DNA from: Candidatus Bathyarchaeota archaeon
Lineage (GTDB): Archaea; Thermoproteota; Bathyarchaeia; Bathyarchaeales; Bathycorpusculaceae
NCBI GenBank assembly: GCA_963775465.1
Contig: CAVZIW010000006.1
Span: 252,755-316,754, forward strand
Length of the DNA stretch: 64,000 bases
Direction: 5' to 3'
Shown here piece by piece: positions 9,919 through 18,407 of this stretch (positions are counted from its first letter, which is position 1; every line of letters begins with the position of its first letter). A program made the position numbers and the translations under genes. The notes below the pieces were generated by a model that was not told where the DNA came from, did not search any database, and saw only the letters and a list, made by a program, of their open reading frames with translations.

Positions 9919-10500
9919 TTGGCAAAAGTTAAAAAAGCTCCTAAAGCAAAATTAAAAAGACCAGCTGTTTCTCGTTCAACAAAAAAATCGGTCTCAAAAG
10001 TTTCTGCTAAAAAACTCACTGAAGCGCAAAGTAAACGTTTTCGGGTGCTTCTTTCGAGGAGTCCGTCAATTGAAAAGATTGATCCTCAAATGTATGCAAA
10101 ACTGCAATCAGCCATACATGAAGCCGTTGAAAAAACGATGCCAGAATATGTGGAATGGTTAAATCAAGCTTTCGGCGAGACTATTGTAGCAGAAGATTGC
10201 CCTCAACCAGCATGTTGGTCGTGTGGTACAGGTCCTGAACCGGCGTGTTGGTCGTGTGGTACAGGTCCCACTCCAGTTTGTGATAAGTGTGATAATGGTG
10301 ACTTTACTTCGTCAATTGATAAGATCGCAAACAAGGTTTCTAAAGCGGTTATCAATGCTGCCATGAGTGCCGCGATAGGTCTTACTTTAGCTGATGCTGT
10401 TGCAAAAGAGAGTGGAATAATAGTTAGCGAGGTCCAAATGCGCAATATAGTTAAGAAACAACTCAAAGAAGTAGCCAATGAAATAGGAAAAGGCGCATAG
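9919..10500 (+). CDS. Cys-rich repeat protein; putative SPASM-rSAM substrate
   Basis: Lys-rich N-terminal tail and central DCPQ-PACWSCGTGPE-PACWSCGTGPT-PVCDKCDNG. Directly downstream of the SPASM gene on the same strand. Confidence 0.75.
   Translation: MAKVKKAPKAKLKRPAVSRSTKKSVSKVSAKKLTEAQSKRFRVLLSRSPSIEKIDPQMYAKLQSAIHEAVEKTMPEYVEWLNQAFGETIVAEDCPQPACWSCGTGPEPACWSCGTGPTPVCDKCDNGDFTSSIDKIANKVSKAVINAAMSAAIGLTLADAVAKESGIIVSEVQMRNIVKKQLKEVANEIGKGA
10207..10299 (+). repeat. 33-nt-period coding tandem repeat (two near-identical units plus one diverged unit)
   Basis: tgttggtcgtgtggtacaggtcc occurs identically at 10213 and 10246. The third unit, ccagtttgtgataagtgtgataatggt, keeps PxCxxCxxG. Confidence 0.9.
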
Positions 10501-10678
10501 TGCTGCTTAGAGTCAGGCAAGGCCTTTTCCCTTACCCAAATTCCGAGAATTTTATCTTTGCCCTCTTCAAAACAATAACTACGGTTACTGCTATGGTTAT
10601 GGCTACGGTTCATGCTGGGCAAGATAAACACCCAGTTCTTTCTTTCTAAATACTTTTTAGCGCGCGCTTAGAAGTCAA

Positions 10679-10939
10679 ATGCTCTTAGACTTCGCAAAAC
10701 TTCAAGGCTTTGAAACTGAGCAGCTAAAGAAGCTGGAAGAAGTCCTTGCTCGGAGCAAAGATATTGAAGAAGGTATATCAGAATTTCGTAAGCTGGGAGA
10801 CCAGGCTCAGTCTAAAGAAACTCCAAGGCAATCGAAGCACATCATAGTAAAAGGCGATAATGAACTTCTTAAGAAACTGGAAAGTGGCTACAGTCTAGTC
10901 CAAACTTTAGATGAGGAAAAATTCTTAATGAAATTCTAA
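10679..10939 (+). pseudogene. Probable C-terminal remnant of a site-specific integrase
   Basis: HIIVKGDNELLKKLESGYSLVQTLDEEKFLMK resembles the C-terminal tail I recall from archaeal tyrosine integrases. No catalytic domain present. A tRNA-like fragment follows. Confidence 0.4.
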
Positions 10940-11022
10940 AGGTCTGTCTAAATAAACAGAAAGTGGCATAATCACCGCTCAACTTTTTCCTTTTTTCTTT
11001 TTAGAATAAATAAAAAGAGTCA

Positions 11023-11039
11023 GCCGAGGTAGCTCAGCC
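11023..11039 (+). other. tRNA 5'-end-like fragment (possible att scar)
   Basis: GCCGAGGTAGCTCAGCC matches an acceptor 5' strand plus TA-GCTC-AG D-arm start. No anticodon or T arm follows. Confidence 0.5.
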
Positions 11040-11227
11040 ACATTTGAAGTGGATACTTCTCCCATACAAATTAATTTCTTTTCTTTTTTTCTCTGAAAGA
11101 ACAGTATTTCAAAATCCAATAAATTTTACCTTATTTTAGTTGTTGATTGCACATAGGGTAGACCCTAAGTTCTTTGAACCCTCCCAAAGTGAAGATTCAT
11201 AACTAATGAAATTCTTGTTCGCCTCAA

Positions 11228-12388
11228 TCATTCAGTCGCTGCTGATCCGCCTTGCCATTGAGATATACGAAATATAACAAACTCAGCCGGCTTCACCGGA
11301 GCAACACCGATCAACATTATTAATCTTCCATTATCTATATCATCTTGCGTCATTGTGTTGCGATCGCATTTCACGAAGAAAGCTTGTTCCGGAGTTGTTC
11401 CCATCAGAGCGCCGCCTTTCCATACAGTTGTCAAAAATTGTGATGCAGCCTGCTTTACCCTTGCCCAAAGTCTCTCATTATTAGGTTCAAAAACAACCCA
11501 TTGGGTTCCCTCTTCAATCGATTCCTCAAGGTACAAAAACAAACGCCGAAGGTTGATGTATTTCCAAACGGGGTCATTTGAAGTTGTTCGAGCGCCCCAC
11601 ACACGGAAACCTCGACCACTAAATTCTCGCAAACAGTTTACCCCAAGAGGATTTAGCATTTCTTGTTGCGCTCGGGAGATTTGCTGTTCTGGACCGAGAA
11701 CCCCTTCTATGACTTCATTGACTGGCGCTTTGTGAACCCCGCGTTGCAAGTCGGCTCGTGCATAGATCCCGCATATGTGTCCGCTGGGCGGGATACACAA
11801 AATTTCTTCTGTATCAGGATGTCGGATTTTTATCCAGGGATAATATAGTGCAGCATACGATGAGTTGTACAAAGACCGCTGCTTCCGAATCACGTCCAGA
11901 TTCGCACATTTTTTTGAGTCAAGCACGGCAAAGCGATTCTTCAGGTTTTCACAATGCTCAATCATAGCATTATGAATTTTCTGGGTTGTTCCATTGGGAA
12001 TTGCTAAGATTTTGATTTCGTCGATTCCATTAAACGCCCAAAGCCCAGTTCTCTGACTTGGTTCTCTGGAGTCTTTGCCTATAATAGTTTCATCGATAAC
12101 CACGCCTTCTGTAGCTGAAACACGATTTATGTAGACTCTGTGACCACCGTTCTGAAAAAAGCCTTCGACAGCATGAGGCAGATAACGGTAATCACCATAA
12201 CTTGTGTCCAAATAACCACCGAATAACCTTTGAAATTCGGAGAAGCTCGTAACAAGTGTGGGTTGGTTGAGCGGCCCTTTCTGAGTTAAACCCACCATGC
12301 CTGTTGTACTGGTGCTCACGCCTTCGATAGGTTTTGCACCTATTTCTACTTCTTCAATGTAAACTTTGGGTGATAAATATTCTGGAAT
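11228..12388 (-). CDS. Contractile tail sheath protein (eCIS Afp2/3/4-like)
   Basis: (I/M)PEYLSPKVYIEE N-terminus, AALYYPW, PPSGH..G..AR.D..RGVHKAP, VWGART, WVVFEPN, GVAPVKPAEFVIFRI. The conserved N-terminus starts at an ATT at 12388. Confidence 0.92.
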   Translation of the reverse strand: MPEYLSPKVYIEEVEIGAKPIEGVSTSTTGMVGLTQKGPLNQPTLVTSFSEFQRLFGGYLDTSYGDYRYLPHAVEGFFQNGGHRVYINRVSATEGVVIDETIIGKDSREPSQRTGLWAFNGIDEIKILAIPNGTTQKIHNAMIEHCENLKNRFAVLDSKKCANLDVIRKQRSLYNSSYAALYYPWIKIRHPDTEEILCIPPSGHICGIYARADLQRGVHKAPVNEVIEGVLGPEQQISRAQQEMLNPLGVNCLREFSGRGFRVWGARTTSNDPVWKYINLRRLFLYLEESIEEGTQWVVFEPNNERLWARVKQAASQFLTTVWKGGALMGTTPEQAFFVKCDRNTMTQDDIDNGRLIMLIGVAPVKPAEFVIFRISQWQGGSAATE

Positions 12389-12542
12389 TGGCTATTCCTC
12401 TGGTTATTGCTATGTGAGTTTTTTCTTATAAAATGTGGCTTAAATTTAAGTGGGCGCTTTAGATTCTGTCCCGATTTCTTAGACTGTATTAATCGATAAT
12501 GATAAATGTTAAACTAATCATTAAAGACTGGGAGCTGATTTA

Positions 12543-13055
12543 ATGCCGGAGTTTAGTGTTAATGCAACTCGTTTTGATCCATACAAGAATTTTAAATTCA
12601 GAATTAAGTGGGATGGCAAATATGTCGCTGGTTTGAGCAAAATGTCAGCTTTAAAACGAACCACTGAGGTAGTTAAACATCGATCAGGTGGAGATCCAAG
12701 TTCAAGCAGAAAGTCTCCAGGTCGAACTGAATATGAGGCAATCAGGTTAGAACGTGGAGTCACTCATGATTTGGAGTTTGAAAACTGGGCTAACAAGGTA
12801 TGGAACTTTGGTGCTGTATTGGGCGGTGAAGTTTCCCTTAAGGATTTTCGCAAGGACATAATAATTGAAATCTATAATGAAGCAGGACAAATGGCAATAG
12901 CTTACAAAATTTATCGTTGTTGGGTTTCAGAATACCAAGCACTGCCAGAGTTAGATGCTAACTCAAACGCTATTGCTATTCAGAGTATAAAGTTGGAAAA
13001 TGAGGGTTGGGAAAGAGACACCGATGTCACTGAGCCAACTGAGCCTTCAATTTAG
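12543..13055 (+). CDS. Phage tail tube protein (T4 gp19-like, eCIS Afp1/5-like)
   Basis: RFDPYKNFKFRIKWDG, SPGRTEYEAIRLERGVT, RKDIIIEIYNEAG, CWVSEY..LPELDA. Confidence 0.92.
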   Translation: MPEFSVNATRFDPYKNFKFRIKWDGKYVAGLSKMSALKRTTEVVKHRSGGDPSSSRKSPGRTEYEAIRLERGVTHDLEFENWANKVWNFGAVLGGEVSLKDFRKDIIIEIYNEAGQMAIAYKIYRCWVSEYQALPELDANSNAIAIQSIKLENEGWERDTDVTEPTEPSI

Positions 13056-13091
13056 CCTTCAATTTTCCTGTTAATTCTGGAGAATACCCTC

Positions 13092-14246
13092 TTGGCTCCA
13101 CTAATTTCAAGCCGATCCAAAACTGTTAAAGGAGCGTTAGTTTTAGTCAGATCTGCTTCAAAGTCTTCTGTTAGCGATCTTGATCCTCTTAGCTTTATTT
13201 TTCAATACAATCCTGAGATGCTTACTCACACGTTTTCCTCTTCAGACTGCGAAGAAGTAGAAAGGCAGGAAAAAGGGCAGAGTGCTGCAAGCAAAATCGT
13301 TGAATTAATAAACTTGAACTTAGAACTCGATGCAACCGATCCGCTTATACAACCAAATCTGCACCAAGAAATTGTTGAATACGGCCTTCATCCAAGCCTT
13401 GCCATTCTGGAATCAATCCTGCTCTCTCAAAACTCCACATCATCTATCGTTCTCTTTACGTGGGGTCCCAATCGGTCAATTCCTGTTTCAGTAGAAAACA
13501 TGAGAATTTTAGAGGAGGTTTTTGATACCAAGTTAAACCCAATTCGGGTAAAGATTGAACTTGCTATGAGAGTACTTGATATCTCGAAATTTAGAAAAGG
13601 TTCAAAGGGTTACACTCTTTGTCTACTTCACTCAGATCGAAGAAATTTCTTCATAAAAAAACGTGTCGACAGAAGTCCACTCAATGTGTCATTTGCGACA
13701 AAAATTGTTCCTCAACATAGCTGGAAAGATTTAGTTATGCCTATTGATAAGAAAGAACAAATACGCAAAATATGCAATTACGCAAAGAATAACCCTAAAA
13801 CTTTTGAAACTTGGGGCTTTGATAAACATTCTCGACGAAAGGGGTTCAACATTCTGTTTTTAAATCCATCTGAGTCTGGAAAAACTATGGTTGCTGAAGT
13901 CATCGCCAGTGAAATTAAACTTGATTTGTTCAAGATTGATCTTTCGAGGGTTGTCAGTAAGTATATTGGGGAGACAGAGAAGAATCTGAATAGAATTTTT
14001 AAAGATGCAGAAGATTCTGATGCGGTTCTGTTTTTCGACGAAGCAGATGCTTTATTTGGGAAAAGAAGTGAAGTAAAAGATGCCCATGACAGGTACTCCA
14101 ATATTGAAGTCAACTATTTGCTACAGAAAATAGAAGAACACCCAGGAATCGTTATTCTCGCCACTAATACCAGCGGGAAAGTTGAGGAAGCATTCGTGAG
14201 ACGGATGAATTTCATTGTAGAGTTTCCATCTCCAAATGGAAATTAA
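13092..14246 (+). CDS. Fusion of an eCIS tube-initiator-like (Afp7-like) domain and a truncated Afp15-like AAA+ ATPase; possibly degenerate
   Basis: N-half FQYNPE...ELDATD...LFTWG...EEVFD..LNPIR. C-half IDLSRVVSKYIGETEKNL, LFFDEADALFGKRSEVKDAHDRY. Walker A reads NPSESGKT and the ORF stops before the lid subdomain. Confidence 0.75.
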   Translation: MAPLISSRSKTVKGALVLVRSASKSSVSDLDPLSFIFQYNPEMLTHTFSSSDCEEVERQEKGQSAASKIVELINLNLELDATDPLIQPNLHQEIVEYGLHPSLAILESILLSQNSTSSIVLFTWGPNRSIPVSVENMRILEEVFDTKLNPIRVKIELAMRVLDISKFRKGSKGYTLCLLHSDRRNFFIKKRVDRSPLNVSFATKIVPQHSWKDLVMPIDKKEQIRKICNYAKNNPKTFETWGFDKHSRRKGFNILFLNPSESGKTMVAEVIASEIKLDLFKIDLSRVVSKYIGETEKNLNRIFKDAEDSDAVLFFDEADALFGKRSEVKDAHDRYSNIEVNYLLQKIEEHPGIVILATNTSGKVEEAFVRRMNFIVEFPSPNGN

Positions 14247-14785
14247 ACCTGGAGATAATTTTTCCTTAGCTAAGAGAAGGCATCATCGGTAAATCCTACG
14301 TTTTATCTATTTCTCTCTTATCTACTATAGAATGAGGTAGTTCTCTATTTGATGGTGACTTTTTTGCTTACATAGATACATGGACAGGTTACTGAATAAA
14401 ATGACAAAATAGGCAACCCACGATTTGAAGGATGCGCGCGCTTCTTTTCCCACACAAACTAATCCCTCATCTTTTTTGTTTGATTTAACTAAAGTAAAAT
14501 ATTATAAATCTACTCAGCATAGAAAGAACCTATATTGAATTTCCTCTATAATCAACTTACATTTAAAGTGAGAGTTTGTCTCAAAAAATGAACAGATTTG
14601 CGCGCGCTTTTTTGGATTAAATTAAATTTTACACGCATAAAATACGTGTTTATGAATTTAGTTTAAACACTTTAGCATTTCTGGCAACTAAATTCGGCCT
14701 TTCTAGAATAAAGCATGCTAATTGAAAGGTTTTATATCTATGCCTCTCATAATTTGAACAGCTGATCTTGTAGCGCTGAAAAATT

Positions 14786-16402
14786 ATGATTGCCTCGTCA
14801 GATGAAAGCTGGAATATATCAAAGTTCAAATTTTACTTCACTAAATGGCGAACAATCTTCGTCGTTTTTGCCCTAATCTACTTTGCTGTTCTACTTTTGA
14901 ATCTGGTAAATCAACCTTTTAATTGGGATGAAGTTACACATCTAAACCGCGCGTTAGAGCTAAGAAACGGTCTCTTCCATGACTTTGTCCGGGACTCATT
15001 TTATCCGCCACTTTTCTCCCTTTTCACCACTGTTACTTTTGATTTATTTGGTGCAAGTTTGTTCTCTGCCCGATTGGTATCAGCACTATTTAGCGTCCTA
15101 ACCCTTTGGATTGTATATGAATTGACAAGCAGCATGTATGACGAAAAAACTGCTCTACTTTCTGTCGTGCTTTTAGCGGTTATGCCTGGCTATTTTTGGC
15201 TTGCTCGTCTTGCTTTAATTGAAGTAACCCTTGTTTTCTTCTTCACATTGTCACTGTTTTTCTTTTATCGCTGGTTAATTACCCAAAAAAACTATATGGC
15301 GGTTTTAAGCGGCTTAGCTTTAGGCTTTGGGCTTTTAGCGAAGTACCAGATTATTGCTGCTGTGGTTTGCATGGCAGTAAGCATGCTATTCTTGGGAAGA
15401 GGTCGATATAAATGGATGTTCTCACGATTTTCGATATTAATTGTAACAGCATTATCAGTTATTATTCCATGGCTTGTAATTGCCTACAATGTCCTATCTT
15501 CCTACGTTTTTAGTCAATGGATATATGCTTTGCAGATGGGCAACCCTGGAAGGTCACTCTATAGCATTCGTTTCCCCACTCCAATATTCTATCTCGTAGA
15601 GATGGTTTGGCCATACCTTGATGTCCATCCGATATCTCTGCTACTTTACATTGTTGGTTTAGCTGGACTAGGATTGTTTGTTTGGCGAAGGAGACGTGAA
15701 GATAAATTTGTTTTTGTTTGGTTCATCACTGTATTTGTGTTTTTTACATTGATATCAAATAGGGAGTGGCGTTATGTATTAACGCTGTTTCCAGCCTTAG
15801 CAATCTCTGCTTCGGCTTTGATGATATTTACTTATGAAAAATTCTGTGGTTATTTTGTAAACAGAGTGAGATTAAGTAAAAAGACAGGCGCAAGAATTGC
15901 GGCTGGATTATTAATTGGGTTTCTTTGTTTTTCGGTGGCGTACAGTGTAAACGACGTTTACCTAAATGTCAAACAAAATAGCTTTAATATTGAAATCAAA
16001 CAAGCAACCGACTACGTTATTGCTAATGATCCTGGAAACCAATCCATCATTGTACTTTGTCCCTTTAACTATTTTAGTCAAGACATGGTGAAATTTTACC
16101 TCTGGGAAGCAGGCTACCCTCAAATCCAAACTTACCAATATCCTGCTTTACCAGTGGATACATACACACCTACTTTCAACATAACTGAATTGATCGCATT
16201 GTGTAAACAATACAACGTAAAATTTGTTTACACCTATGAAAATGGAGGCACAACACCCTACTTCAACACTACACTGAGTTTAGTGGATATTTACATACAA
16301 ATATATAATTCAGAAGCATTCAGTGAAATTTCCCCACAAACAACATTTGGAGTAAACCCCAGACGAGTAATAGTTCTAACCTTTCTCGGAGATGTCAGTT
16401 AA
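14786..16402 (+). CDS. Membrane glycosyltransferase, GT-C fold (GT39/ArnT-PMT-like)
   Basis: NWDEVTH loop, YPPLF, ARLVSALF, LAKY and many transmembrane segments. Confidence 0.8.
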   Translation: MIASSDESWNISKFKFYFTKWRTIFVVFALIYFAVLLLNLVNQPFNWDEVTHLNRALELRNGLFHDFVRDSFYPPLFSLFTTVTFDLFGASLFSARLVSALFSVLTLWIVYELTSSMYDEKTALLSVVLLAVMPGYFWLARLALIEVTLVFFFTLSLFFFYRWLITQKNYMAVLSGLALGFGLLAKYQIIAAVVCMAVSMLFLGRGRYKWMFSRFSILIVTALSVIIPWLVIAYNVLSSYVFSQWIYALQMGNPGRSLYSIRFPTPIFYLVEMVWPYLDVHPISLLLYIVGLAGLGLFVWRRRREDKFVFVWFITVFVFFTLISNREWRYVLTLFPALAISASALMIFTYEKFCGYFVNRVRLSKKTGARIAAGLLIGFLCFSVAYSVNDVYLNVKQNSFNIEIKQATDYVIANDPGNQSIIVLCPFNYFSQDMVKFYLWEAGYPQIQTYQYPALPVDTYTPTFNITELIALCKQYNVKFVYTYENGGTTPYFNTTLSLVDIYIQIYNSEAFSEISPQTTFGVNPRRVIVLTFLGDVS

Positions 16403-16721
16403 TATTCATTGATTAGCTAAAAAATAATCTGGAGTTTTACTTCCTGATAAGGGAACTTTAATTTTTCGGCAAAATATTGTCACTGTTGATTGCGCATTAA
16501 ATTAAGCTTATTAAGTACCCGAGTTCCCAAGATTTTGATGACTTTGTTCTGCACCGATTTCTATAATGTGGTGGCTGCGTATAATATACCATAAGAGATT
16601 ATTTTAATTATTTAAAATTATTTTCTTCATTTAAGTAGAAATCTTTTCTGTCAAGGGTAAAGGATATATCTGTTAACTATTCCTTGTTTTTTTACATCCT
16701 CAAACAAAACTAGGCGAAATT

Positions 16722-17633
16722 ATGGCTTTAGCGGATAAAATTCTAAAACTCAAAAAAGAAAAGAAAGCCATCATATTGGCTCATAATTATCAGCGTCCAG
16801 AAGTTCAAGAGGTAGCTGACTATGTTGGTGATAGCATTGAGCTTAGCCGTAAAGCAATTGTAGAAAAAGACGCTGAAATGATAGTGTTTTGTGCAGTCGA
16901 TTTCATGGCTGAATCTGCCGCTATCTTAAATCCTAAAAAAAAGGTTCTTTTGCCTTGTTTGGGCGCGCGTTGTCCTATGGCACAGATGATTACGGTTGAT
17001 GAAATACGTCGTGCCAAAATTAAATATCCGGGTGCACCCGTTGTTTTGTACGTTAACACTTTAGCTTCATGCAAGGCAGAATGTGATATTTGTTGCACAA
17101 GTGCAAATGCAGTTGAAGTTATAAGATCTCTCAAAGAGGAAACCATTCTCTTTGGACCGGATAAAAACTTGGCTGAGTATGTTAGCGAGGAAACAGGTAA
17201 AAAACTTATTCCAATTCCCGAAAACGGTTTCTGCCCTACGCATCTTCTCTTTCAACCTGAAGATGTGATAGTCTTGAAGATGCAGCATCCAAACGCCACT
17301 GTTATGGTTCATCCTGAATGCAGTCGTGAAATGCGTGAAGTTGCCAACTTTATCGGCAGTACTTCAAAGATGTGTCGCTATGCCAAAGAATCAAATGCAC
17401 AAGATTTCATAGTGGGCACTGAAGAAGGCATTTTGGATCGATTGAGAAAGGAAAACACTGGTAAAAATTTTTATCTTGCATACGAAGGAGCTATTTGCCC
17501 TAACATGAAACTAACTACACTTGATAGGCTTTATGCTTCCTTGAAAGAAGAAAAAAACGTTGTTAAAGTTCCTGAACATATTGCCAAAAAAGCCCGTTCT
17601 TCACTCGAACGAATGTTTGAAGTTAAAAATTAA
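16722..17633 (+). CDS. nadA: Quinolinate synthase
   Basis: ILAHNYQ, GDS, FMAESA, CPMA, YVNT, CTSANA, HPEC, GSTS, CPNMK. Confidence 0.95.
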   Translation: MALADKILKLKKEKKAIILAHNYQRPEVQEVADYVGDSIELSRKAIVEKDAEMIVFCAVDFMAESAAILNPKKKVLLPCLGARCPMAQMITVDEIRRAKIKYPGAPVVLYVNTLASCKAECDICCTSANAVEVIRSLKEETILFGPDKNLAEYVSEETGKKLIPIPENGFCPTHLLFQPEDVIVLKMQHPNATVMVHPECSREMREVANFIGSTSKMCRYAKESNAQDFIVGTEEGILDRLRKENTGKNFYLAYEGAICPNMKLTTLDRLYASLKEEKNVVKVPEHIAKKARSSLERMFEVKN

Positions 17634-18037
17634 ACGGAAACAATCATTGATTTGATGATTTTTACGCCTCTTCTTGTTGCCAATTCGTCGCTTAGGTGAC
17701 GTATTTCTGAGCCTTTGCCTTTCACAGCGATTACTTCAAGGCAGTCATGTTCTCCGAGGTGTATATGCATTGTTGAGGAAATTAGGTCGGTGTGGTGGTG
17801 TTGGGCTTCGGTCAGATCGCTTTCAAGTCCTCGAGTATCATGATTGTAGACCATTAAGATGACGCCTGTTTGCATAATGTTTTCTTCTTTAACCCATTTA
17901 CGTTCAGAAACGTAGAGGCGCACAGCATCTTGGATGGCTTTACTTCTGCTTTTGTGACCCATTTTTTCTATTATGTCGTCGAAGTCCTTTAGGAGTTCGG
18001 GTGGAAAGGATACTCCGATTCGTGTCACTTTTGGCAT
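17630..18037 (-). CDS. nikR: Nickel-responsive regulator
   Basis: RHH N-terminus (RIGVSFP...SRSKAI.DAVR) and the Ni-site motif QH...HIHL...CLEV. Confidence 0.9.
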   Translation of the reverse strand: MPKVTRIGVSFPPELLKDFDDIIEKMGHKSRSKAIQDAVRLYVSERKWVKEENIMQTGVILMVYNHDTRGLESDLTEAQHHHTDLISSTMHIHLGEHDCLEVIAVKGKGSEIRHLSDELATRRGVKIIKSMIVSV

Positions 18038-18089
18038 TTTAATCCAGTGTAGAATTTGGTTGTTGTGCCTAAAAGCTTTTATTTTTTGA

Positions 18090-18117
18090 GTAACACGTTT
18101 TTTTAAAAAGGTGTTAT
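18090..18117. promoter_or_regulatory. Candidate NikR operator upstream of nikR
   Basis: Inverted repeat GTAACA-N16-TGTTAT (TAACAC/GTGTTA perfect) about 53 bp upstream of the nikR start. Has the 6-16-6 geometry of NikR boxes. Confidence 0.5.
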
Positions 18118-18407
18118 TGGAACGGTTTGAATGTTTAAAATAGCTGTAATCAGAGATTAAGCATTTAACTCATAAAAAACTTACAAGACAGAACAGCAAA
18201 TAACTGATTATCTCGAGCATTTCCATCGCATACTAGAATAATTTTTTGAGTTTAAAGAAGCGAATAATAAACTCTGAAGTGTGCGCATTCTCAATAGAGT
18301 AGCCTGTAATTTTATTATCACCTAGCTGATTAATATTTAGAACAACCACTAGGTACCGCACCAAGATATTCCAAAGTTGAAAGCTTTTTATCCGCAATCT
18401 CCTAATC

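Noticed and set aside
10207-10299. Short direct repeats that could suggest a CRISPR array
   Set aside because: Only two identical 23-mers with a 33-nt period, in frame within a CDS, with no spacers of CRISPR length and no cas genes.
11023-11039. Possible complete tRNA gene
   Set aside because: Only the first 17 nt are tRNA-like. No anticodon arm, T arm or acceptor 3' strand follows.
11228-14246. Prophage or provirus
   Set aside because: No capsid, terminase, portal or replication genes. The sheath, tube and ATPase types match eCIS rather than a tailed virus.
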